In this document: one piece after another, positions 7,017-15,755 of the stretch
Layout of the letters: each line of letters starts with the position of its first letter
How positions within the stretch are numbered: the first letter of the stretch is position 1
Assembly: GCA_035643635.1 (NCBI GenBank)
Contig: DASQQB010000139.1
Span: 54,865 to 86,864 of the forward strand
Origin: Nitrososphaeraceae archaeon
Lineage (GTDB): Archaea; Thermoproteota; Nitrososphaeria; Nitrososphaerales; Nitrososphaeraceae
DNA: 32,000 nt
Direction of reading: 5' to 3'
Program-made: the position numbers and the translations under genes
Notes under the pieces: model-generated
The model's input: only the letters and a program-made list of their open reading frames with translations
Database searches by the model: none
Told to the model about the DNA's origin: nothing

Positions 7017-9410
7017 TTGCAAAAAAATTTTTTTTTATTCTTATTACTAAGCTCTTTATTACTTATTCCACTGGTTTTTAGTACTTCTAGCGATGCCTAT
7101 CTTGGGATAGAACCAAAAGGGGCATATGTTGATAAAATACGATTTATTCAATATCTCGACGAGAATGTCGCATTGCAACAAGTAAAAGCAGGAAATCTTG
7201 ACACATACTTTTATAGAATTCCGTTGGAAGTGGTTTCTGATGTAAAGACTAATCCTAGTTTAAAGATTTACGAAAGAACAGCAGGATCGATTGGAATATT
7301 ATTAAATCCTGCTCCTACAAAAAATCCTAACACAATTAATCCTTTCCAATTCAGGCAAGTCCGGTATGCGTTGAACTATCTGATAAATCGCGATTTTATT
7401 GTTGATGAAGTTTTAAAGGGTTATGGGACCCCAATGATCGATCCCTTTGGCATTTATTCTCCAGAATATCTAAATGTTATAGATACTGTAGAATCCTTTA
7501 GTTTTAGATACAATCCACAACTTGCTGAAAAATTGATCTCAGATGCGTTGCTTCATGCAGGGGCCTCTAAAATTGCTGGAAAATGGATGTTCAAGGGGCA
7601 TACTATCACGGTTAAGGTACTGATCAGAAGTGACGATGCCCAAAGACAATCAGTTGGCGAATTGGTTTCGTCTGAACTAGAAAAAATAGGTATAACAATT
7701 GAAAAAAGCTTTGGAGATCTAAATAAAGCGAATTCTATTGTGTATGGATCTGATCCTCAGGACTTTCAGTGGCAGATTTACACTGAAGGCTATGCTGGCA
7801 CTTCTGCATTTGTAAAATATAATCCAATAATAATTTCACAGATGTATGCGCCTTATTTTGGTAATATGCCTGGCGGTCAAAATCCTTCTTTTTGGCATTA
7901 TCAAAACACAACATTAGATAATCTTGCACAGAGAATACAATTTTCAAACTTTACTTCTGAGGAAGCTAGAAATACTCTAGTAAGAGATGCAACAAAGTAT
8001 GGAATTCAACAGTCCGTCAGGATTTTTCTTGCCTCAAATACAGTTCCATATGTTGCATCATCTGCCTTAAGGGGGTTAATTAATGACTTTGGTGCAGGCA
8101 TTACAAGTAAATTATCCCTTATTAATGCGCAAGCTCCAAAAAATGTGTCCATGGATATTGGTGTAAAACAAATCTACCAAGGAGCATGGAATAATGTAGC
8201 TGGATGTAAGGACGAATACTGCACAAATATATACGGAGCCGTCTCGGATGGAGCAACATTCAGAAATCCCTACACTGGTGATGTGATTCCGATGAGAGAG
8301 CAATGGATTGACATTTCGACTAATGGTCCAAATGGCAGAATAAGAGTTCCAACTGATGTCAAAATCTGGGATTCTTCAACTCAGCAATGGAGATATGGTG
8401 GTGATAATACCACAGCAAAGAGCAAAGTGACTTATAAAATACTTTTTTCCAAATGGCATAATGGCATTCCGATGGATAAATCAGATTTAATTTATTCACA
8501 ATATTTCTTCTTTCAGTGGGGAACCAACAAAAGCCAAAGCGATCCGACATTTGATCCAGAGTTCACTTCACAAGCTGAAGTGGCGGTCCCACTGAATAAA
8601 GGATTTAAGTTTATTGCCAATGACGAAATAACATCTTATGTTGACTTTTGGCATTATGATAAAAAGGAAATAGCTGATTTTGCAGCAATATGGGCTGCTG
8701 AACCATGGGATATAACAGCAGCAACGGAAAGGCTAGTAACTGCAGGCAAACTTGCATATTCAAAAGGCCAAGCAACAGCCAAGAATGTTGATTGGCTGTC
8801 TTTATTAATAGCCGATCACGCCAATATGATAAGGACTGAACTACAAAAAATGAAAGACGAAAATTTTGTACCCCGTGCTCTAAAGAATATAGTTGGCATA
8901 GACGATGCAAAGAAACGGTATGATGCAAGCATAAACTGGATCTCTACTCACAAAAATGCTGTTATTGGCAACGGGCCATTTTATCTTGATAACTATAACC
9001 CATCAGGTGGAATAATTACACTTAAAGCATTCAGAGATCCTTCCTATCCGTTCAAACAGGGTCACTGGTCTGTATATGAGCATCCGAAATTAGCTAATAT
9101 AGATAAAATACAGGCTCCAAAATTTGTAAGACATGGTCAACCTATCAAAATACTAGTCAACGTTGACGTTAATGGACAGCCCAGTAATAACGTATCAATA
9201 AATTATTTTATATCCAATAAAGAAGGTAGGATCATAAGTCATGGAATAGCAGAGCCTGTTACGTCTGCTTTAGGAACGTTTGAAGTGAATCTTTTAGCAA
9301 ATGAAACGTCAAAGGTTTCTGTAGGTCCTAACGTTTTAAAATTATTTGCAAACAGCAAGGAGGCATTTAGACCAGATATCTCTACCAACACAATTTTGGG
9401 TATTCCATAA
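7017..9410 (+). CDS. ABC transporter substrate-binding protein, family 5 (peptide/nickel, OppA/DppA-like), with an extra C-terminal beta-rich domain
   Basis: TTG start, followed by the signal peptide MQKNFFLFLLLSSLLLIPLVFSTSS. Family-5 SBP blocks are present (YFYRIP..., FRQVRYALNYLINRDFIVDEVLKGYG, GNGPFYLDNYNP). It is followed by cognate permeases. Confidence 0.88.
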   Translation: MQKNFFLFLLLSSLLLIPLVFSTSSDAYLGIEPKGAYVDKIRFIQYLDENVALQQVKAGNLDTYFYRIPLEVVSDVKTNPSLKIYERTAGSIGILLNPAPTKNPNTINPFQFRQVRYALNYLINRDFIVDEVLKGYGTPMIDPFGIYSPEYLNVIDTVESFSFRYNPQLAEKLISDALLHAGASKIAGKWMFKGHTITVKVLIRSDDAQRQSVGELVSSELEKIGITIEKSFGDLNKANSIVYGSDPQDFQWQIYTEGYAGTSAFVKYNPIIISQMYAPYFGNMPGGQNPSFWHYQNTTLDNLAQRIQFSNFTSEEARNTLVRDATKYGIQQSVRIFLASNTVPYVASSALRGLINDFGAGITSKLSLINAQAPKNVSMDIGVKQIYQGAWNNVAGCKDEYCTNIYGAVSDGATFRNPYTGDVIPMREQWIDISTNGPNGRIRVPTDVKIWDSSTQQWRYGGDNTTAKSKVTYKILFSKWHNGIPMDKSDLIYSQYFFFQWGTNKSQSDPTFDPEFTSQAEVAVPLNKGFKFIANDEITSYVDFWHYDKKEIADFAAIWAAEPWDITAATERLVTAGKLAYSKGQATAKNVDWLSLLIADHANMIRTELQKMKDENFVPRALKNIVGIDDAKKRYDASINWISTHKNAVIGNGPFYLDNYNPSGGIITLKAFRDPSYPFKQGHWSVYEHPKLANIDKIQAPKFVRHGQPIKILVNVDVNGQPSNNVSINYFISNKEGRIISHGIAEPVTSALGTFEVNLLANETSKVSVGPNVLKLFANSKEAFRPDISTNTILGIP

Positions 9411-9593
9411 TCATCTACTATATACATTGTAAAAGCAGTGCAAATCGATCCATTTACCTCACTTCAGCATCCAATAAAAATAAACTTGTTAACAAGTGTA
9501 CTAACGCATCACAAAACCTTATCAACTATATACACAGACAGAGAAGACTATTAATACAATTTCTATTTTAAGATATTCCTGATATACTATAAC

Positions 9594-10643
9594 ATGCTGG
9601 GACTGTACCGCTTTGTAATTACTCGATCTATAAATATGTTTATAGTGATATTTTCTACTCTAATCCTTACTGTCGCCCTTCTTGGTTCTACTATGGATAA
9701 AATATTGATCGATGCCATTAGAGTTGATGTCGTGAATGCAGTAAACCAAGGAACAAAATATCAATTCCATAGTTCAGAGGAACGTCAAAAGTATCTTAAT
9801 TCCCAGATTAGTCTTCAAATCAAAACCTTCGGGCTAGACGAGCCCTGGTATTCGCCAAAGCGATTTTTCAATACTTTAATAAGGGTAATGACACTTGATC
9901 TCGGAAAATCTAATTTTTTTACTAGCGATTCTGGTTCCTCGAATGTACGTGAAATAATAATTGAGAAGATACCACGAACAGTTTTGTTGTTTACCACATC
10001 AACTATGATTATATCAATGATCGGATTATATGTAGGGGCCTTTGTGGCTGATAGTGCTGGATCGTTTTGGGACAAGATTAATTCAGCCCTTGCAGTTTTT
10101 AGTAACAGTTTTCCAACTTGGTGGATAGGAATGCTTATGATATTGGCATTTGCTTTTGTATATCCTATCTTTCCTGCTCGCTCTACTCCTTTGACTCCTC
10201 CGTCTGATCCTGGATATATCTTGGACCTTCTCTATCATATGATACTCCCTCTTATGACACTCGTTATAGTAGGCTTTGCTTCTTGGGCATATATAGTGAG
10301 ATATTATGTTGTTGGAATTTTAGGTGAGGATTATATAATAGCAAAAAGAGCTATGGGAATTCCTAAAAGAAAAATTGTTTATTCACATGCATTGAAAAAT
10401 GCCGCGCCACCAATTATTACTTCAATTGCTTTAAGCCTTGCGAGTTCCTTTGGAGGGGCAATATTGGTCGAATCTGTATTCGGATGGCCAGGAATGGGAA
10501 AATTGTATTATGATGCTATTGGATTAATGGACGTTCCTATAATTATAGGGCTTACTTATATTTTCACAGTAATTTTTGTTGTGACAATTTTTTTTACAGA
10601 CTTAGTTTATGCTTATTTTGATCCACGGATAAAAACGGGATGA
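9594..10643 (+). CDS. ABC transporter permease (OppB/DppB-like)
   Basis: Multiple TM helices and an EAA-loop region 'EDYIIAKRAMGIPKRKIVYSHALKNA'. The C-terminal 'AYFDPRIK' is typical of the family. Confidence 0.9.
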   Translation: MLGLYRFVITRSINMFIVIFSTLILTVALLGSTMDKILIDAIRVDVVNAVNQGTKYQFHSSEERQKYLNSQISLQIKTFGLDEPWYSPKRFFNTLIRVMTLDLGKSNFFTSDSGSSNVREIIIEKIPRTVLLFTTSTMIISMIGLYVGAFVADSAGSFWDKINSALAVFSNSFPTWWIGMLMILAFAFVYPIFPARSTPLTPPSDPGYILDLLYHMILPLMTLVIVGFASWAYIVRYYVVGILGEDYIIAKRAMGIPKRKIVYSHALKNAAPPIITSIALSLASSFGGAILVESVFGWPGMGKLYYDAIGLMDVPIIIGLTYIFTVIFVVTIFFTDLVYAYFDPRIKTG

Positions 10644-12070
10644 CAGCAGGAAAAGAAGAAAAATCAGAATATATAGTATCCTCACCTTTTATCATACTTA
10701 AGGAATTTAGACATTCTAAAGGTGGCATGGCAGGCATTATCATTTTGTTAGCATTAATCGTGATGTCTATCTATGCGATATTAGGCATTCCATTAGAGTC
10801 ACTCAAACAATGGAATAATCCTACTTATTGGATAAATTATCCAAAAGCGGCTGCTCCAATATGGATCAACAATATTGGTGGATTGCTTAATGAAAAACTA
10901 CCACCGCAGATTATCCTGCATCCAAATGATGCATCGATATCAAACGCAAATATTAGCGGAATACACACCATTACATTTTCTTATCCAGTTAATTTCAACT
11001 TTGATTCATATCCAACAGATTTCATGATTCCATATGCAGTCAGATATGGTGAGACTCCTCCTGTACTTCAGATTAATATATCTAGACCAGATGGTAACCA
11101 ATTTAGCATTTATTATTCGTCGTTACCCTCGTCATCTTCAGGTATAGTTGGCAATATAAGTGAGTTCTCATCAAGGGTTTTCTCTACAGATCATTCTATC
11201 AATGAAAATTTACGAAATTATGTCAATCTTTTCAGATATCCTCAAGACACATCTAAACCACAGACATTGGTATTTTCTGACAAGGATGTAAGAGGAGTTC
11301 TAAAGGGAAAATACGTGTTTCGAGAAACGTTTTATCTTTTCAATACTACAGACTCTGTTTTACTGTCAGGAGTAGTTCTTGGTGGACAGGTCTATGGTAT
11401 AATAGGTACCGACGATCTAAGAAGGGATTTGGCGGTAGGGTTACTATGGGGAGCACCAACGGCTCTGTTCATAGGGCTGACTGTCTCAACAGCTTCTGTC
11501 TTGATAGGATTGATTTACGGAGTGATTGCTGGATACAAAGGAAAACGAACGGACGAGGCAATGATGAGGATTAATGACTTGTTCTATTCTTTACCAGCAC
11601 TTCCTATACTTGTTATTTTATCAGTAGTAATTGGCAGAAGTATATTTTTAATTGCTGCAATGCTAGTTATATTTGGATGGGTAGGGACAGCAAAGATTAG
11701 CAGAAGCCTAGCTTTACAAATAAAGAATCTACAGTACGTAGAGGCAGCAAAACTAATGGGGCAGTCAGATATAAATATAATTTTCAAGCATGTTATACCC
11801 CAACTACTTCCTTTAACCTTTGCCAGTATTGCAATATCAGTTCCCGCTGCTATCCTTGGAGAGGCAGCCATCAGTTTCTTGGGTTTGGGTGACCCCACAA
11901 TCCCTACATGGGGCCAAATCTTAAACAATGCAAATTCTGCTGGTGCAGCTTTAAGAGGTCTGTGGTGGTGGATCATTCCTCCTGGAGTGATGATCGCCAT
12001 TACTGGTTTGGCATTTGTTCTAATAGGAAATGCTCTGGATCGCATAGTAAACCCAAGAAGGATGAAATAA
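10640..12070 (+). CDS. ABC transporter permease (OppC/DppC-like) with a large extracytoplasmic insert
   Basis: ATGA start/stop overlap with the upstream permease. The EAA region is 'YVEAAKLMGQSDINIIFKHVIPQ' and the C-terminus is 'LDRIVNPR'. About 180 aa of non-membrane sequence lies between TM1 and TM2. Confidence 0.9.
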   Translation: MTAGKEEKSEYIVSSPFIILKEFRHSKGGMAGIIILLALIVMSIYAILGIPLESLKQWNNPTYWINYPKAAAPIWINNIGGLLNEKLPPQIILHPNDASISNANISGIHTITFSYPVNFNFDSYPTDFMIPYAVRYGETPPVLQINISRPDGNQFSIYYSSLPSSSSGIVGNISEFSSRVFSTDHSINENLRNYVNLFRYPQDTSKPQTLVFSDKDVRGVLKGKYVFRETFYLFNTTDSVLLSGVVLGGQVYGIIGTDDLRRDLAVGLLWGAPTALFIGLTVSTASVLIGLIYGVIAGYKGKRTDEAMMRINDLFYSLPALPILVILSVVIGRSIFLIAAMLVIFGWVGTAKISRSLALQIKNLQYVEAAKLMGQSDINIIFKHVIPQLLPLTFASIAISVPAAILGEAAISFLGLGDPTIPTWGQILNNANSAGAALRGLWWWIIPPGVMIAITGLAFVLIGNALDRIVNPRRMK

Positions 12071-12398
12071 TTATAATATTTTGCTTAAGATGGCCCTAAG
12101 TTGATAAAGAAAATGGAATATAAGCTGAATTAAAACGTATATTCTAGTATATTATATCTCAAAGGATTCTAGCCTAGGTTTGTTTTTCAGACTTTCAAGA
12201 TAGAAACAAGGCAATGTTTGCTATGTTTTTGTTTATACAATGTATTTTTATATACATCTATTTTTCACATTATATTTCAGACATGTTTTCATCAATGCAA
12301 CTTACTAGTCCAATATGATATCTATCAACTAACGGGTATCTGAATACAAAAAGATAACATATGGCACAGTGAAATTACGAAATCCAAGAACCCCTGGA

Positions 12399-12845
12399 TT
12401 AAATTTTCTCATCAACAACATGGGATAAGATCTTTAAATCCATATTATTTCCATTTCTGTCAAAAGCACCTAGTGTTGTGTCTTGGTAGGGATAGCTGAT
12501 TATTACAGATACAAGGCCATAGTAGTTATTCAAATCTGCAAGTGAAGGCTTATTTGAACCTCCAGGATGTGAATGAGCAGTGCCTATATATGAAAGATCA
12601 AACGGAAGCTCATAAGTAGGGAATCCAGAATAATATGGACCATGTGAAGAAAATGGAGGTATGATCAATCCTTCAATAATGATTTGTTTTTTCTTGCTTT
12701 TTCCCTGTAAGATTAATATTCCTTCAGATGGGTGCCACATCTTTGCATATGATATTATACCATCTGCTGCTTGTCGGGTAATCACAACCTGTCTTTTGAG
12801 GACTTCCCCATCTTTTTCTGTATCTCTATTTCTGAAGAAGAGCAC
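12399..12845 (-). CDS. JAMM/MPN+ (JAB1/Mov34) metalloprotease
   Basis: Complete JAMM motif: Glu in 'HPSEGILIL' and 'HSHPGGSNKPSLAD' (H-x-H-x7-S-xx-D). GTG start; no in-frame ATG upstream of the domain. Confidence 0.85.
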   Translation of the reverse strand: MLFFRNRDTEKDGEVLKRQVVITRQAADGIISYAKMWHPSEGILILQGKSKKKQIIIEGLIIPPFSSHGPYYSGFPTYELPFDLSYIGTAHSHPGGSNKPSLADLNNYYGLVSVIISYPYQDTTLGAFDRNGNNMDLKILSHVVDEKI

Positions 12846-13372
12846 TATGGGAAATATTACTATTCTTTTATTTTAATATTCATTAATAAGCATTTAAAGT
12901 ATTATAATGAAAATATGCGGGAATGCTTTTAACCTGTCTTTAAAGTATTAGGCATTTATGTTATTATAATGCAATCACCAGCGAATACTTATAACGTGAC
13001 TTACCACGGCAGTTACACTAAGTAAAACCGTTGTCATGCCAGCATCAAAATCTTTAGACAAGTCTTTTTCTTCTTTATTTGAATACCTATATCACAGCCT
13101 CTTAGCTTTATGCATTTCCTTCGTAAATTATGCATTTTCACGCTTGATTGATCAATTGTGTGAGTATACTCCCCAGCATTAACAGAAGCTAAAATACAGT
13201 ATAATTTCATAGAGATACATGAATGACTAGAAGCAACAAATACTAGTAAAGCGTAAAGTCTAGAGACATTTATTATTCACTGCTAAACACTTCTAGAAAA
13301 AATAAAAATAGGTTTATGGACAGGTTATGCTATATATAATCCTCAACAACTCTTGCCACAACCGCTATTACG

Positions 13373-13591
13373 TCATTTTAGATCGCCTTGTTGTCCTTTA
13401 TAACGTTCAAATGCTGTAAGGCTTCTTGCTTTTACTTCGTCAATTGCCGGTATGACTACCAATCCTGCAACCAAATCGAGTTGTTTGTTAACATCTATCA
13501 TATATACGATACTTGGTTTATTCATTACACGACGAGAGAAATAGCCGATTGCTTGGTAAAGTTTATGAATACTATTTGAGATTCTTATCAT
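13373..13591 (-). CDS. Hypothetical small ORF (72 aa), doubtful start
   Basis: ATG ORF with no recognised family. Its ATG is only 9 nt from the divergent topoisomerase IB ATG, leaving no room for two promoters. If the ORF is real, it probably starts at an internal Met. Confidence 0.3.
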   Translation of the reverse strand: MIRISNSIHKLYQAIGYFSRRVMNKPSIVYMIDVNKQLDLVAGLVVIPAIDEVKARSLTAFERYKGQQGDLK

Positions 13592-13600
13592 ACCAACCTA

Positions 13601-15331
13601 ATGGTAGCTAGTGAAAAGTGGAATAGCCTTGAACATAAGGGCGTTGCATTTCCCCCAGAATATCAGCCCAGAGGTTTACATATAACCCTAGGGAAGGAGA
13701 GATTTGCTCTTAACCGAGACCAGGAAGAATTAGTATATGCATGGGCAAAGAAAAAAGATACACATTATATTCAGGACCCTATTTTTCAGGCGAACTTTCT
13801 AAACGACTTTAAAAAATTACTACCAATAAGGTTTCAAGATATTAGGGATATTAGAGATGTTGATTTTACTGAAGCTTTTCAACTAGTAAATGAGGAAAAG
13901 AAAATAAAAGAGGTAGAATTGGAAAGAATTCGTAATCTTCCGCGTGATGAAAAAAAGAAAATCTCCTTGGCAAAAAAGGCAGAACGTGAAAGGCTCAAAG
14001 ACACCTATGGTAAGGCTTTTGTAGATGGTATTGAGGTAGATATTGCAAATTGGTTGGTTGAACCACCTGGTCTATTTATGGGTAGAGGCCAACATCCTTT
14101 AAGAGGAAAATGGAAACCTCGAGTGAGGCCTATCGACATTACTCTAAACTTAGGAGAAAACGCCCCAGTTCCGGAAGGGACATGGCAAAATGTCGTTCAC
14201 GATCACTCCTCAACATGGCTAGCAACTTGGTTAGAGAAACTGACGGCAAAAAGAAAATATGTATGGCTGCACGATTCTGCGGCTCTTCGTCAAAATAGCG
14301 ATAAAGAAAAATACGATAAGGCGGATAAACTTGGCAAACATATCACTAAAGTTGAAAAAGAAATTATAAAAAGGATGCTTAACTCTAATGATATTAATCA
14401 AAAGAAAATTGCGACAGTTTGCTACCTGATATTCAAACTAGCGATGCGTGTAGGAGATGAAAAGGATCCGGAAGAGGCAGATACAGTAGGAGCTTCGACT
14501 TTACGCGTAGAACACATAAAATTTCCACGTATTAGCGATAAGCAGTTTATAGAGTTTAATTTTCTGGGAAAAGATAGCGTTCCATGGCAAAAGACGATAG
14601 AAGTTAATTCGGAAGATGTTATGGGACTCTGTAAGAATCTAGAGTTATTTATGAATGGAAAAGAAAAGTCAGACGAAGTTTTTGATGGCATTACATCTAA
14701 CAAAGTAAATGCTTTTTTGCGTAGCATCGACCGAAAAAATGTACCTGGATTAACAGCGAAAGTTTTTAGAACATACATTACTACTAATATAGTTAAAGAA
14801 TCTCTTATGAATCCGCCTATGAAAGTTAACAAGAGTTCTTCTGAGTCAAAAAAAATCTATGTGGCAAAAATGGCGAATCTGAAAGCTGCAATTACCTGTA
14901 ATCACAAAAAGGGTATTGATCCAAAAAACCCTGCAAGCAAGTTGTCATTGGAAAAATTTGAAGGTTCCATAACAAAAAAGAAAGAGATAATTAAGAACTT
15001 GAAGGAAGATATGAAGACAAAAAAATGGAAAACAGAATCTCAAAGAGTTAAATTATATCAAAGGCTGGAAAAAATTGAACTGCAACTCAAGTTACAGAAA
15101 GAAACACATGATTATAATCTTGGAACATCCCTTAAAAACTATATAGACCCGCGTATCATGATGGGCTGGCTGAACTATGTAAATTTGGATATTAAAAAGA
15201 TCTACACTTCAAACTTGCAACGTAAATTTAAATGGGTACAAGATTATTATAATTCTCAGGATTTAAGGAGGTTTTATTCCAGTTACGAAAAAGGTCGCCA
15301 AGCGGTGACAACTGTAGAGGAAGAAAGCTGA
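13601..15331 (+). CDS. DNA topoisomerase IB (eukaryote-type)
   Basis: Near-identical blocks to eukaryotic Top1: 'VEPPGLFMGRGQHPLRGKWKPRV', 'ADTVGASTLRVEHI', 'FLGKDSV', 'LTAKVFRTY', 'CNH', and the active-site Tyr context 'LGTSLKNYIDPRI'. Confidence 0.95.
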   Translation: MVASEKWNSLEHKGVAFPPEYQPRGLHITLGKERFALNRDQEELVYAWAKKKDTHYIQDPIFQANFLNDFKKLLPIRFQDIRDIRDVDFTEAFQLVNEEKKIKEVELERIRNLPRDEKKKISLAKKAERERLKDTYGKAFVDGIEVDIANWLVEPPGLFMGRGQHPLRGKWKPRVRPIDITLNLGENAPVPEGTWQNVVHDHSSTWLATWLEKLTAKRKYVWLHDSAALRQNSDKEKYDKADKLGKHITKVEKEIIKRMLNSNDINQKKIATVCYLIFKLAMRVGDEKDPEEADTVGASTLRVEHIKFPRISDKQFIEFNFLGKDSVPWQKTIEVNSEDVMGLCKNLELFMNGKEKSDEVFDGITSNKVNAFLRSIDRKNVPGLTAKVFRTYITTNIVKESLMNPPMKVNKSSSESKKIYVAKMANLKAAITCNHKKGIDPKNPASKLSLEKFEGSITKKKEIIKNLKEDMKTKKWKTESQRVKLYQRLEKIELQLKLQKETHDYNLGTSLKNYIDPRIMMGWLNYVNLDIKKIYTSNLQRKFKWVQDYYNSQDLRRFYSSYEKGRQAVTTVEEES

Positions 15332-15509
15332 ACTCATTTTGTCTCCTAATGCATATTCACAAATTCTCCAGATATGAATAGACATCAGTAAGTGTTGCAT
15401 TCAATTCCTGAGTAAATGTTATGATATGTCGAAAGAGTAAACAGAGGAATATTTTGAATAGAATATATTATGTTCAAAGAAGATTTTACTGCAGAACGCT
15501 GCTGAGCTT

Positions 15510-15584
15510 GCCGGGGTAGCTCAGCCTGGTTAGAGCGTTCGACTCATAATCGAAAGGTCGCGGGCTCAAATCCCGCCTCCGGCA
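15510..15584 (+). tRNA. tRNA with CAU anticodon (elongator Met, or Ile2 if C34 is modified)
   Basis: Manual cloverleaf: acceptor GCCGGGG/CTCCGGC, D arm GCTC-AGCCTGGTTA-GAGC, anticodon arm TTCGA-CTCATAA-TCGAA (CAT at 15545..15547), variable AGGTC, T arm GCGGG-CTCAAAT-CCCGC, discriminator A. No encoded CCA and no intron. The G1:C72 pair argues against an initiator. Confidence 0.9.
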
Positions 15585-15755
15585 CATAGATATTATTATA
15601 TTGGAACTTGATTCTTGGCATTATCCAAAAATGCGCTGTTGATACGAGTCCTATTTACCCAGCATATGACATTACACACGGGCATCTTCCTGATATCTTT
15701 GTCCTACAAGTCTAAGTATCGATTCATTTATTAACATTCTTTTAGTCGTAGCACT

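Noticed and set aside
7735-12099. Antisense or alternative-frame ORFs within the ABC operon (7735..7947, 8112..8303, 8359..8550, 8611..8928, 9239..9427, 9815..10075, 11584..12045, 11908..12099)
   Set aside because: All lie within genes that have strong family signatures. The 153-aa ORF 11584..12045 is the usual antisense open frame of a codon-biased membrane-protein gene.
12661-14832. ORFs 12661..12876 (+), 13388..13579 (+), 14110..14298 (+) and 14422..14832 (-)
   Set aside because: They are antisense or out of frame to the JAMM gene, the 72-aa ORF and topoisomerase IB. None has motifs.
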